NCBI GenBank assembly: GCA_010909165.1
Contig: VJWM01000204.1
Span: 248,001 to 312,000, forward strand
DNA: 64,000 bases
Source: Anthoceros angustus
Taxonomy: Eukaryota > Plantae > Anthocerotophyta
Reading direction: 5' to 3'
In this document: piece after piece, positions 12,982-25,799 of the stretch
Position numbering within the stretch: the first letter of the stretch is position 1
How the letters are laid out: each line of letters starts with the position of its first letter
Made by a program: the position numbers and the translations under genes
The notes under the pieces: generated by a model
Databases searched by the model: none
What the model was told of the DNA's origin: nothing
The model's input: the letters and a program-made list of their open reading frames with translations, nothing else

Positions 12982-13248
12982 GTTTACCGCACATCGTTTC
13001 TGAAACTGTCCAGACCCTGCAGGCTTACGGCCTGCCAGTACTGCTAGTCCATCGTCCAGTAGTACTCATACATCATGTCAATGTCATCGACGATGAATTC
13101 ACATAGCTATGTACTGGCATGCGTCGTTTCTGGCTTCAGAAACTTGTGAATAGACCGACCAGATGGATTCCATGGGAGAGTCCAGTCTCAGAGGAGGTGT
13201 ATCGAAACAGGGTAGAGCAGCAGAAGCTGATGTAATTAATACTCTAAT

Positions 13249-13311
13249 GCCGATTCCGATTCCGATTCCGATTCCGATTCCGATTCCGATTCCGATTCCG
13301 ATTCCGATTCC
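13249..13311. repeat. (CCGATT)n hexanucleotide microsatellite, about 10 units
   Basis: Read directly; the homologous site at ~18528 has only 2 units. Confidence 0.95.
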
Positions 13312-13409
13312 AGTGTTGTCACTACTAGGTGACAGAACGACAATAGCCTGAAGCGCAATAAGCCATTTTGGAAGAAAGGGTTGTGAGAGAAGCTTCCTCC
13401 AAAGCTCCT

Positions 13410-14905
13410 CCATGTCGCCACATCCTTCGTGGCCAAGCTCTCAAAAACCTGGCGGGCATCTTCCAGTTCACCACAGTTTGCATACATGTCCACCAGGCAG
13501 GTGCCAACCACTACAGCATCCAGCACTCCTCTTGCAACAATCTGCGAGTGCAGCTGCCTGCCCTTCTGTTAGACACCAGAGCTTGCACAAGCCGTCAGAA
13601 GGCAAGCAAAAGTAACATTGTCAGCCAAAATGAGGCCCACCTCTGCCATCTGTCCATACACAGCAAGCGCCTCTTGGCTGAATCCTTGCTGTGCATACCC
13701 AGCAATCAGGGCCATCCATGTCAACGCATTCTTTGTGACCAAGCTGTCGAATACCTGGCGTTCATCTTCCAGTTCACCACATTTTGCATAAATGTCCACC
13801 AGGCAGGTGCCCAGCACTACGTTATCCAGAAGTCCTCTTTCCACAATCTGTGACCACAGCTGCCTGCCCTTCTGTAAGACTCCAGTGCTTGCACAAGCCT
13901 TCAGAAAACAAGCAAAAGTAACATGGTAAGCCGAAATCAGACATTCCTCCTCCTTTTGTCCGTAGACAACAAGCGCCTCATGTCCGACCCCTTGCTGTGC
14001 ATACCCAGCAATCAGGGCGGTCCATGTTGCCACACCCTTCCTCGCCAAGCTCTCAGAAACCTGGCGTTTGCATACATGTCCACCAGGCAGCTGCCCAACA
14101 CTACGTCATCCAGCAGTCCTCTTTCGACAATCTGTGAGTGCAGCTGCCTGCCCCTTCTGTAAGGCACTAGTGCTGGCACAGGCCTTCAGAAGGCAAACAA
14201 CCATAACATGGTTAGCCAAAATCAGGCGCTCCTGCTCCAGTATGCATACACAACAAGCGCTTCATGTCCAAGCCCTCGCTGTGCATATATACCCAGCAAT
14301 CAGGGCATTCCATGTCACCACATCCTTTGTGGCCAAGGTTTTAAAATCTGGCGAGCATCTTCCAGTTCACCACATTTTGCATACATGTCCACCAGGCAGT
14401 TGCCCAGTACTACGTCATCCAGCAGTCCTCTTTCGACAATCTGTGAGTGCAGCTGCCTGCCCGTCTGTAAGGCACCAGTGCTTGGACAGGTGTTCACAAG
14501 GCAAGCAAAAGTAATATCGTTAGCCAGAAGCAGGCCCTCCTGCTCCATTTGTCCATACACAACAAACGCCTCATGTCCAAGCCCTTGCTGGGCATTCCCA
14601 GCTGTCGGGGCATTCCATGTCACCACATTCTTTGTGGGCATGCTGTCGAAAACCTTGCGTCCATCTTTCAGTTCACCACATTTTGCATTCATGTCCACCA
14701 GGTAGATGCCAGGAGAAACGCCAAAGTGCAACACATCGCAGTACACTTTCCTGCCAGATTCCAAGTCGGTGGCCAATGCAAAACCTTGAAGGGCAGCTAC
14801 AAAGACATGAACATCCGCCTTCACTCCTGACCTGCGCATCTCATGGTACAGTTATATGGCGTCGTTAGGCTTCCCATGCTTAGCGTATGCAGATATTATG
14901 GAAGA
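13410..14905 (-). pseudogene. PLS-class PPR pseudogene fragment
   Basis: Repeated LGNCLVDMYAKCGELEDARQVFD...VVTWxALIAGYAQQG and VTFACLLKAC motifs with frameshifts and internal deletions. Confidence 0.88.
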
Positions 14906-17280
14906 CCACATAATGGCATTCGCACTATTGGGAAAAGGGCACCTCTCTCTAGAAGTTAGGGTGTCGGTTCGCTTTACTAGGGGTGTTCCGGGTCGTATTA
15001 TTAGCCTCTTGCCTTTACAACGGGAGTGAGTCGGTTTACTAGATACTATAGTGTGTTTCGTCATGGTTTCTTTGGATGCGTGGCACGCTCTATGCTCCTT
15101 TAAACTGGATTTCTACTTTGACAGCAATCCTTACTTCAACAATGAAGTAATATGGTATTTGTAGGTTTGGCTATCGTTATTTGTTATCAGAATCTCTGGA
15201 TGCATCTATGGGTGACGGTATTGATGACATTGACCTCTGGAATAGCATTATTCGACCAGAAAACTGTTAGCCATACACATTTGTTGCCTTGAGGGTGAGA
15301 ATCTACATGTGGAACGGATTCAGTCCTCGAATTCCAGTCACATGTGTGGAACGCATTCCAGTCGTCGAACATTTTACTTGAAAGGTGAAACAAGCATCAG
15401 CCCAGATCGATGTGGTACCCAGTCTATTCACAAGTTTCTGAAGCCAGAAATTGCTCCAATTCTTAAGAAGGATATTGGGACAAGCGCACCACAAGCTGCG
15501 ATACCAGAGTCAGCGGCAGGAGGATATGGACAAAACAGACGAGGGGGCGTTGCTCTTTATTGGCTTGCTATCGCAGAGCGAAGCTTGAAGTGCAAGCGAT
15601 GTACGAGGAGAAATATTCCTCGCAACGCCGTGAGCAGGTCTGAGGTGATGCCGTACGGCACTGTGGAGATGTCTAGACTGCAGCTGCCCAGCAAGCGTAA
15701 ACGTGGAGTATACATGGGAACCAAAGTGCTGCTCACTTGGAATCGGTAATCAGGAAGGATATTGCAGATGCGGGCCACGGTTTTGCCGCCCGGCTGCAAA
15801 AACCGCGGCCCCTGCAGGTTCTGAGAGCCCAGAAGAAGATGGTCGTTGGAAGTTGAAGAAAAATGCCTGGAAGATGCGCGCTGAACTTCCTGCCTGCTGG
15901 CAGGCCCTCCTGCTCCATTTGTCCATACACAACAAACGCCTCATGTCCAAGCCCTTGCTGGGCATTCCCAGCTGTCGGGGCATTCCATGTCACCACATTC
16001 TTTGTGGGCATGCTGTCGAAAACCTTGCGTCCATCTTTCAGTTCACCACATTTTGCATTCATGTCCACCAGGTAGATGCCAGGAGAAACGCCAAAGTGCA
16101 ACACATCGCAGTACACTTTCCTGCCAGATTCCAAGTCGGTGGCCAATGCAAAACCTTGAAGGGCAGCTACAAAGACATGAACATCCGCCTTCACTCCTGA
16201 CCTGCGCATCTCATGGTACAGTTATATGGCGTCGTTAGGCTTCCCATGCTTAGCGTATGCAGATATTATGGAAGACCACATAATGGCATTCGCACTATTG
16301 GGAAAAGGGCACCTCTCTCTAGAAGTTAGGGTGTCGGTTCGCTTTACTAGGGTGTTCCGGGTCGTATTATTAGCCTCTTGCCTTTACAACGGGAGTGAGT
16401 CGGTTTACTAGATACTATAGTGTGTTTCGTCATGGTTTCTTTGGATGCGTGGCACGCTCTATGCTCCTTTAAACTGGATTTCTACTTTGATAGCAATCCT
16501 TACTTCAACAATGAAGTAATATGGTATTTGTAGGTTTGGCTATCGTTATTTGTTATCAGAATCTCTGGATGCATCTATGGGTGACGGTATTGATGACATT
16601 GACCTCTGGAATAGCATTATTCGACCAGAAAACTGTTAGCCATACACATTTGTTGCCTTGAGGGTGAGAATCTACATGTGTGGAACGGATTCAGTCCTCG
16701 AATTCCAGTCACATGTGTGGAACGCATTCCAGTCGTCGAACATTTTACTTGAAAGGTGAAACAAGCATCAGCCCAGATCGATGTGGTACCCAGTCTATTC
16801 ACAAGTTTCTGAAGCCAGAAATTGCTCCAATTCTTAAGAAGGATATTGGGACAAGCGCAATTCACAAGCTGCGATACCAGAGTCAGCGGCAGGAGGATAT
16901 GGACAAAAACAGACGAGGGGGGCGTTGCTCTTTATTGGCTTGCTATCGCAGAGCGAAGCTTGAAGTGCAAGCGATGTACGAGGAGAAATATTCCTCGCAA
17001 CGCCGTGAGCAGGTCTGAGGTGATGCCGTACGGCACTGTGGAGATGTCTAGACTGCAGCTGCCCAGCAAGCGTAAACGTGGAGTATACATGGGAACTAAA
17101 GTGCTGCTCACTTGGAATCGGTAATCAGGAAGGATACTATTGCAGATGCGGGCCACGGTTTTTGCCGCCCGGCTGCAAAAACCGCGGCCCCTGCAGGTTC
17201 TGAGAGCCCAGAAGAAGATGGTCGTTGGAAGTTGAAGAAAAAATGCCTGGAAGATGCGCGCTGAACTTCCTGCCTGCTGG
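14530..17280. repeat. ~1.37-kb tandem duplication (14530-15900 / 15901-17280)
   Basis: Near-identical sequence, with identical ORFs 14617..14868 and 15987..16238. Junction at TGCCTGCTGG|CAGGCCCTCC. Confidence 0.9.
15901..16275 (-). pseudogene. Duplicated PPR fragment
   Basis: MRRSGVKADVHVFVAALQG...NVVTWNA, a copy of 14530-14905. Confidence 0.85.
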
Positions 17281-17379
17281 AGCTGCTTATCTCGAGACTG
17301 CAAGCCCGAAGCAACAGTCCTATTCCAGCGTCAAACATTAAATCTAAGTTGAATCTAGAATTTTATACTTTCAATGTTT

Positions 17380-18220
17380 GCAAAATGTGGGGAACTGGAA
17401 GATGCACGCCAGGTTTTCAACCGCTTGGCCACAAAGGATGTGGTGACATGGAATGCCCTGATTGCTGGGTATACATGCACAGCGAGGGCTTGGAAATGAA
17501 GCGCTTGTTGTGTATGCACAGTGGAGCAGGAGCGCCTGATTTTGACCAACATCTTATGGCTGTTTGCCTTCTGAAGGCCTGTGCGAGCACTGGTGCATTA
17601 CAGAAGGGCAGGCAGCTGCACTCACAGATTGTCGAAAGAGGACCGCTGGATGACGTAGTGTTGGGCAACTGCCTGGTGGACATGTATGCAAAATGTGGTG
17701 AACTAGAAGATGCTCGCCAGATTTTTGAGAGCTTGGCCACGAAGGATGTGACGACATGGACCGCCCTGATTGCTGGGAGTGTTGGGCAACTGCCTGGTGG
17801 ACATGTATGCAAATTGTGGTGAACTGGAAGATGCTCGCCAGGTTTTTGGGAGCTTGGCCACGAAGGATGTGACGACATGGACCGCCCTGATTGCTGGGTA
17901 TGCACGGCAAGGGGTCGGACATGAGGCGCTTGTTGTCTACGGACAAATGGAGGAGGAGGGTCTGATTTTGGCTGACCATACATTTTGCTTGCCTTCTGAA
18001 GGCCTGTGCAAGCACTGGAGTCTTACAGAAAGGCAAGCAGCTGCACTCACAGACTGTGGAAAGAGGACTGCTGGATAACGTAGTGCTAGCTGGGCACATG
18101 CCTGGTGGCCATACATGCAAAATGTGGTGAACTGGAAGATGCACGCCAGGATTTTGACGTTTTGGTCACAAAGGATGTGTTGACATGGTCGGCCCTGATT
18201 GCTGGGTATGCACAGCAAAC
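17380..18220 (+). pseudogene. PLS-class PPR pseudogene fragment
   Basis: CLLKACASTGALQKGRQLHSQIVERG, LVDMYAKCGELEDARQIF and TWTALIAG motifs; frameshifted. Confidence 0.88.
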
Positions 18221-19245
18221 GATGGAGAGGAGGGGGGAAAGACCCCCCTGCTCTCCATCTGCCCCTGCCCCTGCCCCTGCCCCCTGCTCATCTAATAGAC
18301 TGACCAGATCGATTCCATGGGAGAGTCCAGTCTCACAGGAGGTGGCTGTTTCGACACAAGAATTGCATTGCTAGGCTCGACAGGTGCCCTTGGCTAGTGT
18401 ATGGCAAGACATACGTGGTCTAGCGCAGAAAAGCCAGATATAGAGGACCACGCGGTTGCCTTGTTGCAATGTGTGTCCCGTCAATACAGGGTCTAGCCGC
18501 AGAAGCTGAGGTAATTGATACTCTAATGCCGATTCCGATTCCGGTGTTCTCACCAATAGGTGATAGAACGACAATAGCCTGAAGCGCAATAAGGCATTTT
18601 GGGAGAATGGGTTGTAAGAGAAGCTTCCTCCAAAGCCAAAGCGTCCCACTTTTGCAGAGCACGCTGCGGGAAAGATGTAGCAATCTCAATGGCTAGCTAG
18701 GTAGCTCACTTTTGTCTTCAAACGTAAGTTCAACTAGAGAGCTGTTTGCGTGATCTCAACTTCTGCGTACAACCATGTCTTTGGTGAACCGTCTTTCTGT
18801 ATTGATTTCTGAGAGATCTGGAAGCGTAAAGGAATGAATCAAACACCAGGTCGTAGGTCACCATGACCCATCTACATAGCTCTGCTTCTCAAGATCGTCC
18901 TCTGGAATAGCGTTATTCTACCAGATGACTGTTAGCCATACACATTTTGTTGCCCTGATGGTGAGAAACGGATTCCAGTCCTCGAATTCCATTCACATGT
19001 GTGAAACGCATTCCAGTCGTCGAACATTACTTGAAAGGTGAAACAAGCATCAGCCCAGATCGATGTGGTACCCAGTCTATTCACAAGTTTCTGAAGCCAG
19101 AAACTGCCAGTACATAGCTATGTAAATTCATCGTCGACGACATGGACATAATGTATGAGTACTCCAGGACGATGGACTAGCAGTACTGGCAGGCCCTAAG
19201 CCTGCAGGGACTACTGGACAGTTTTAGAAACGATGTGCGGTAAAG

Positions 19246-19928
19246 TTAGGAGGAATCCACAAACTGGGCGAAGATGGAGTGCAATTGCTCCACCTCCTTT
19301 CCGCTGATGAAGAAGGACTTGGCCAGCAGCTCTGTTTTGATTCCTGACCCGAACAGCGAGAGTGGCATGAGCTGGATGCCCGGGTTCTGGCCGTTGAGCA
19401 CATTGAGGCTGGCGGCGTGCGTCTTGCCCACATTGAGCTGGAAGTGGAGCAAGCCTCTGGGGAAGATGAAGGCCTCGCCCCTCTTCACCACCTTGGCGTA
19501 CAGCTTGTTGCTGTTGGTGACGAAGCCGGTGTAGATCTCCCTTCGAGGCAGAAAAGAATCTCGGTGGCCAGGTTGTGGGTGTGGGGCATAATGACACCGC
19601 CCGGCGCCAGGTCCAGGCGCGCCAGCGACAGGCCCAGCGTGTTGAGAGCAGGCCAGTCGCCCACGAAGCCGAAAGTGGCGGTGCCGTTCAATGGGTTGCC
19701 CGTGAGGTCGGCCTGCTTGCCCAGGTTAGCGAAGGCGAAATCTTCTGCTGTCACGTTGTCGGCCGGCCTGCAGGGGTAGCCGTTGATGGTCGCTCCCTTG
19801 GACAAATCGGCGACGCAGAAGTCCTGCAGGGGGTCGGGGTCGCTGGCACTGACTGCAATGGCGAGCACCAGCCCTGCGATCGCAGCCACAGCACCCACAA
19901 ACTGGATTGTCCTGGACACAGCCGCCAT
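19246..19928 (-). CDS. Germin-like protein copy 3 (subtype B); one -1 frameshift at ~19540
   Basis: ORFs 19485..19928 and 19246..19491; GAAGGGAGAT where intact copies have GAAGGGGAGAT. Confidence 0.85.
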
Positions 19929-20261
19929 TGTTGATCAATGAGATGTATCCCTGGGTGACGAGCTCGTATGTATGGGCAAGAGGGGGAAGGGGGGCCGTTC
20001 ACGGGAGAAAGCAACCGACCGCAGCTACAAGTTTGCAAGCAGGATGTTGATGGTTGGAGATGATGAAGGCAGGCGAGGAGGCAGTCTCTCTTTATTGCTG
20101 CCAAGCGCGCTGATGTGGAAGTTGCAACCATGTTCGTGTCTGCAGGTCTGCGCACAGAGGGATAGCCCCAGGAAATGGAAGACGAAGCTTCGCAGAAGAT
20201 ACTTGCTGGGTCTAATTGTAACTCTGACATTTGCTATTGCAGAGAAACGAGTCATCACACG

Positions 20262-21893
20262 CAGGAGCTATTGGTACACACGAAGTAATGAGGCACATAA
20301 CACGAGGCCGGCGCAAATGGTTTTGCCTTCGGCATTCCATATGTCATGGGGCCATGCCCACTCGCACCAACTGCGCATGTCCACACCATCCCGTACACGT
20401 TACCGCTGGACGGCAACAGCTTGCCGCGCCCGTTTGGACGCCGGTTCCGCCAAACTCCGTCCCTAAGTTGTGCCAGGGCATAGTTATTCCAGGAAAACGA
20501 AAACGGGCGGGCAAAACGCTTTGGTTTCAAAACACACGTTAATGAAAGCTCCGGACCTTCCCGCTCAATTACTCGAGTGTGTCATACCAAGCTAACAATG
20601 TGCATTGCTGATCACGCTATGGGAAGTGGTATGATGGTCCTTGTAGGCGCGGGAGGCGTGCGCGTTCAGGAAGTGCTGCGATGGATTGATTAGGTGTGGG
20701 GGGCTTGTAGTTCATCTCGTCATTAAAGTGTAAGTTTTCAGTTCCTCCGGCTGATTCAAGAGAGTTCTGATTGCTTCGCAGAGATCATTTAATTAGCCTA
20801 ATCTCAGAGTCGGTTAAGCATTTTGACGTCGGGTATTATGCTACCTCTGTAGATGGCAAGGTTTCCTTATGAGATCCAGACTCCACCGCCAGGCATTTTC
20901 AACAGAACTGGCTTGGAATGGTTGGACCATACATGTAGTTCGTAAAATTGTAACAGAGGCGAAGACTGCTTACATTCCATGGGAAAGGGTTTCAGACTTC
21001 TTGACAGGTGAGGAGCAAAATCCAATTTTTCCGACCAGGCTTGTGAAAGCAGCGCCGGTCCAGGCGAGGCACGTAAGTATAATGTCTCACACCAACCACA
21101 CCAAAACAATACATAAGGTATTGTGCGTATGGTTCGGATCGACAACCGTCTCCAAAGTGATGCACCCTTGGTGGACATGACTAATGTGCCAAAGTCCGGA
21201 CTCGAAGTCGAAGGAGCAAGGTGGCTTGTGGGGAGAGCAGGAAAGTAGGTTGTGAGTTTGTGGTTGTCATCACTCAATTGGAGTTGTTTCAAGATATTGC
21301 TCAAATCCGTTTTGATCGGTGGCATCATGTGAATGCCTCGGTGACTTTTCCATGGATTGTTAGCGGATCGCTCCTCACGTGCTCTTGCTCCTTCTTTATC
21401 GAAGCAAGAGAGAATGGGTGAAGCACAAACTTTGTGCAAAACCACTCCATACCGATTTTATGTGATCACGAGCGATGTCTATGTTAGGATGCAAGGGATC
21501 CTAACTGCCTTACATAGAGATGATTTTCTCTTGCCTAAGGACATACGTAACTTTGAGTTGGATGCAAGGACTTGGAGACTCCATACCATTGATGAAGTCG
21601 GTGTCAAGCTATGGATTGACATCCACAGGATATTGTTTTCTTCCCACCACCGGTGCTTGATGGAGGGCACACATTTTACTTTAGGGTTTCAAACAAGATT
21701 CCGTGAGGAATGCATGCTTCACTGGGGGCATCAATCCATCATTTCAATGGATGCCACATTCGGCACCAACAAGTGGAAGGTTAGATTCTTTGCATTTCAA
21801 ACACAAGATTGTGGGATGTTGGCTTCCTAACTCGCTTTCTCTTTAGTTCAGTTTTAATTGTTCACTTTGCTGGTGTTCGATGATCACCGCAAT
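20262..21893 (+). mobile_element. Degenerate Mutator-like (MULE/SWIM-family) transposase, 5' part
   Basis: AYIPWERVSDFLTGEE, LLPKDIRN and FTLGFQT...HWGHQSIISMDATFGTNKWK|intron 21780-21847|...LFTLLVFDDHRN match the MULE domain. Homology to the GLP 5' flank stops at 20261. Confidence 0.75.
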
Positions 21894-22249
21894 GTATTAG
21901 GGAACGGACGCTGGCGCTGACGGCCGAGAACGGCCGAGGCCGTGAGGCCGAGACCGTTTAGGCCGCGGCGCCCGACGCGTCTGCTCGGCGTAAGGGAGCG
22001 CCGAGTCCGGGGCCGAGACGCGCCTAACTCGACCGCATCGAGGGAGCCGAGGTCTGGAACTCAGATAGACTTGGTGCCTAAACCACCCGGCTTATATGTC
22101 ATTTCTCTCTCTCTCTCTCTCTCTCATTGCTCTTTTCGTTTTTGAATCCTTTTACACAATAAAAGCATTACTTTCACCGTCGTAAGGTAATTCAAATGAT
22201 TTTGGTAAATTCTACTCATCTTCTATTGGAGTAGATGGAGTGTAAAATG

Positions 22250-25200
22250 GTTCGTGCCTTCTCTTGAATAGTACTTTTGAGCTGCTGATTGTATGGTCCA
22301 GATAAATGTATAATCATTTCGAATATTTCATCCAAGCGAGAATATTTCTGCAATTTAAACCATTGTCAGAATTCATATATAAAACATATTTATTTTTCCA
22401 ACTTTAGTACTCACCTCAAAGAGTGAAAACAACTCGTTTTGATTCTCCGATAACTACAAACAAAAAGTAAAAGTAATTAGTCATTTACCTCCATTTCAAT
22501 TCGGAGAAGATCTTTCTTTGCATATACCTTTTCGACAAGCGTTAAACACGTCTGTGAAGATTCCCACATCGGAAATGTGATCGTATGTTCAAGAAACATA
22601 AACATTAGAATTCATCTTGGAATGCAAGATATTATCTTTCAAACGATGTACCTTTTGAATATTTTTCGTTGTCTCGGTTCTTCCATGAGAGACAACAAGT
22701 CTGCTTTCAACTCCTTATTTTCAATTGCTGCCCCTATCTCGCATTCAATGCATACGAATTACATTACATAGAATTATATGTAATGAAATAGAAAGAGAAA
22801 GGGAGTCGCTTACTTGCTTGGATCTCTGCATCGCTTTCGAATGTTGGGTTGGACCCATCTTCATTCAAGATGGGCTGCTTGCTCTTTTAGACTATGCTCC
22901 CAAATTGCGATACTTATTTAAAGTCTTCAAAAGTGGTGGATATTGAAAATTGCTCATCCACTTTCCAAACTCGGTGAACTCAAGTGACGGCCCGTAAGTT
23001 GGTCCATTCTCCATGAAGTCATCTATTTTTCTCTTTTTGCCGATCAAAACCAAAATCATTACTTTCTTAAACCAAAATCATATTAAAACAAATTAAATAC
23101 AAAATACATTTTGTGTACGATTGGAGATGGCGCATTGTCAATGTTGTTGTCAATCTCATCGACTTTGTCCTTTATATTTTTTGCAGAAATTGTTTTCCAA
23201 AGATTCAGAATGCCAAGTTAAAAGAAGGTAAATGTGAAGAAGCAAAGAAGGTATGAATGTTAATTTGATTACCTCGATCGCTGGATTGAACTTTGATATC
23301 CCTCCAACATTGTTTGCATTGAAATCGTGTCCATTAAACCTTTCCACAAGTGTGTACGCTTCAGCCCAATTGAGTCGTTGTTCAAGGTTCTTTTTATATC
23401 CCGCAGATAAATTTAGGGTTAAGATTTTGGATTGAGCATACTTAGATCAAGTTTATGAAATAGAAAAGTGCTTACCTTCTTTATCTTATTCAATCAAGGG
23501 CATCTCGCAAAGATGCTTAAGGTCTTGTTTGTCCATCACAGAGAACATTGTGTGCTCAGAGGACCGAAACCCACGGGTTTTGTTAGACTCGACCAACGAG
23601 AATATAGGACTAACAATCATTTTTCACGAATACCTTTTCTACGATCTTTCCGATCTCCAGTGGTGGTTCAAACTCTGCGTTAGCGTCATATCCTGGATCC
23701 CCATGGGTGGGAAGTAATTTGTCAATGGCGCTGTGGTGGCGTCATGTGAGTTCTGTCTGCGGGGTTGACACAATAGATAAAAGTAAAAGTAAAAGTAAAA
23801 GTAAAAGTAAAGTAAAAGCAAAGTAGTAAAAGTAAAGTAGCAAAGTAAAGTAAAAGTAGTAAAGTAAAGTAGTAAGTAAGTAAAAGTAAAAGTAAAAGTA
23901 AAGTAAAAGTAAAAGTAAAGTAAAGTAAAAGCAAAGTAAAAGCAAAGTAAGAAACGTATAATACATGTAGCAATCAAGTACCTTCTTGGATTTGAAAATC
24001 GTTATTGCTTTCGTTGTCAGATTCCATCCTGATTCAAATGAAAAGCCATCAGAACACACTAGTGGGATGTGGGTAAGAACGGACAAGGCATGTAGTAAAA
24101 GTAAGAGCAAAGTAAAAGCAACGGGTCGAGCAAGGTATTACTTACGTCCACGATACGTCGTTTCCGACGCTTCACGCGAAACCAATTGTCCGCAAGATCC
24201 TGCATCGAATTTTGTTAAAAGCTGTCATCACCAATCAAGAATTTTGTTGGAAGCAACAAGCGAATATGTTCTCAAACTCGCACACAAGATTCATGTTTTA
24301 CGCAGGATAGTTATGTTCAAAAGACTTCAAGAACGAGACTCTTTTGCTCGACGAACCCCTTACCGCTCAACCCAATCATTCATTAGTTTCCCGGTAGCAA
24401 CCCTCCGACACGTCGTCAAATGATGACCATAGAATTATTGTGACGGACGATTTACACTAGGATGGCGCCTTCTTGCGTGACCTTTGGACAGAATTCGGAG
24501 ATGAGAGGTCGTGAGTTTATTAAGTGCATGACAAATGTAGCATTGAAAACACTAGCCCATCAAAACTCCATGCCGTTTACCAATGATGCCCAACTAGTGG
24601 GATGTGATGACCAACGAGATTTACAAACTTGGTCCTTTTAAGGTCGTGAGAGAAACTTGAGTAATCGTCACATGCGCCAACACCAAAAGAGGACGTAAGC
24701 TTCGTGTGACAACGCAAAATGCAAAGAGCCTCTCGGCTTACACCTCGAAATACCAAGCAACCCGAAATTGAAACTCAGATCGGATGCAGTCGACACAAGG
24801 GAGAGTGGAACTGGGGACAAGCCATGTGGGTAAGAACGGACAAGGCATGTAGTAAAACAATGACAGAGAAAAACAAGACCAAGAGAGCAACTTAGCAAGT
24901 AACCCACCGTCACCGAAAGCGTAGCGTGATCGCAAAGACACAAGCAGGCACGATCGACGGTGGGAACAAAGGAAGAGCACCATAACCCACAAGAGAACTT
25001 TTCCAGCTAACCCTTGGTGCAAAGGCAGAAAACTCGCAATGGATCGGAACCAAAAGCGGCGGGAGGGAGATCCTAATGCAGAAACGGTGGTCATGGACAA
25101 CAATAGGCCGACATGCCGGGCAAAGGGCTAGAACGAAAGAGTAAGGAGAACGCATCGGTTGACGATCGGGGAAGCACGCGTTGTCCAATTGGCGGTGGAG

Positions 25201-25400
25201 CTAAGCGTGAGTGGATGCCACCGGTGGGCTGCAAAATGAACTTGATCGTAGTTCCCAGAACCAATATCGAGAGTGGAATTGAGTGAACATGCAAGGGATG
25301 GAACCAAAGACTAGGCGATCGAATAGAGAGCCCATCGACGTGGTGGGCGACCTAGATGAAGGGAAGTGGAGCCGATGGCGTGAGCTTCCCGAGGACACCA
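22250..25400 (-). pseudogene. Unknown degenerate multi-exon gene inside the YR element
   Basis: Alternating AT-rich introns and coding-like blocks with minus-strand GT donors near 24740, 24145, 23475, 23270, 22815 and 22410. One exon reads GYKKNLEQRLNWAEAYTLVERFNGHDFNANNVGGISKFNPAIE. No family recognised. Confidence 0.45.
23778..23952. repeat. (AAAAGT/AAAGT)n microsatellite, probably intronic
   Basis: Read directly from the sequence. Confidence 0.95.
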
Positions 25401-25782
25401 AATGTGAACACACTGCAAAGGCGCGATCGAACGAGATGCGCCGACCGCCAAGGTCGCCAAGATCGACTTGGTGAAGAGTGACTGGCGTGTTGGGCAGTGA
25501 GCGAAACCCTAAGTGTATGTTTAAATCAAAAACTTAGGGTTCTAGATGGTTCGACGGTGTATTGTTGTTGTGTGGCATGGTTGACGGTTGCTTCACGCCC
25601 GCCGGGCTCGGAGATTAGGTTTGAGAGGCTAGGTTTGGAATCCAACCTAGGTTTGGTTGAAGTATGGGCGCGGGTAATGGCGAACCTCGTAGGTTTGGAT
25701 TCGCTCGGAATGTTAGGTTGATTAATTCAAATCAGTTTGGTAGAGAGAGGCGCGCAGAGGAGAATGGTTAGGGTTTGGTGGC

Positions 25783-25792
25783 CTATATAAGC
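25783..25792 (+). promoter_or_regulatory. Putative TATA box (CCTATATAAG) with nearby telo-box-like motifs
   Basis: TTAGGGTTT at ~25768 and AAACCCTAA at ~25504; lies between the divergent genes of the YR element. Confidence 0.35.
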
Positions 25793-25799
25793 TTCTCCA

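Noticed and set aside
13099-13526. ORFs with GIGIGI, IPIPIP or ESESES tracts
   Set aside because: They are translations of the (CCGATT)n microsatellite joined to PPR debris.
23639-24110. Hydrophobic F/Y/L/T-rich ORFs resembling membrane proteins
   Set aside because: They are translations of the (AAAGT)n microsatellite.
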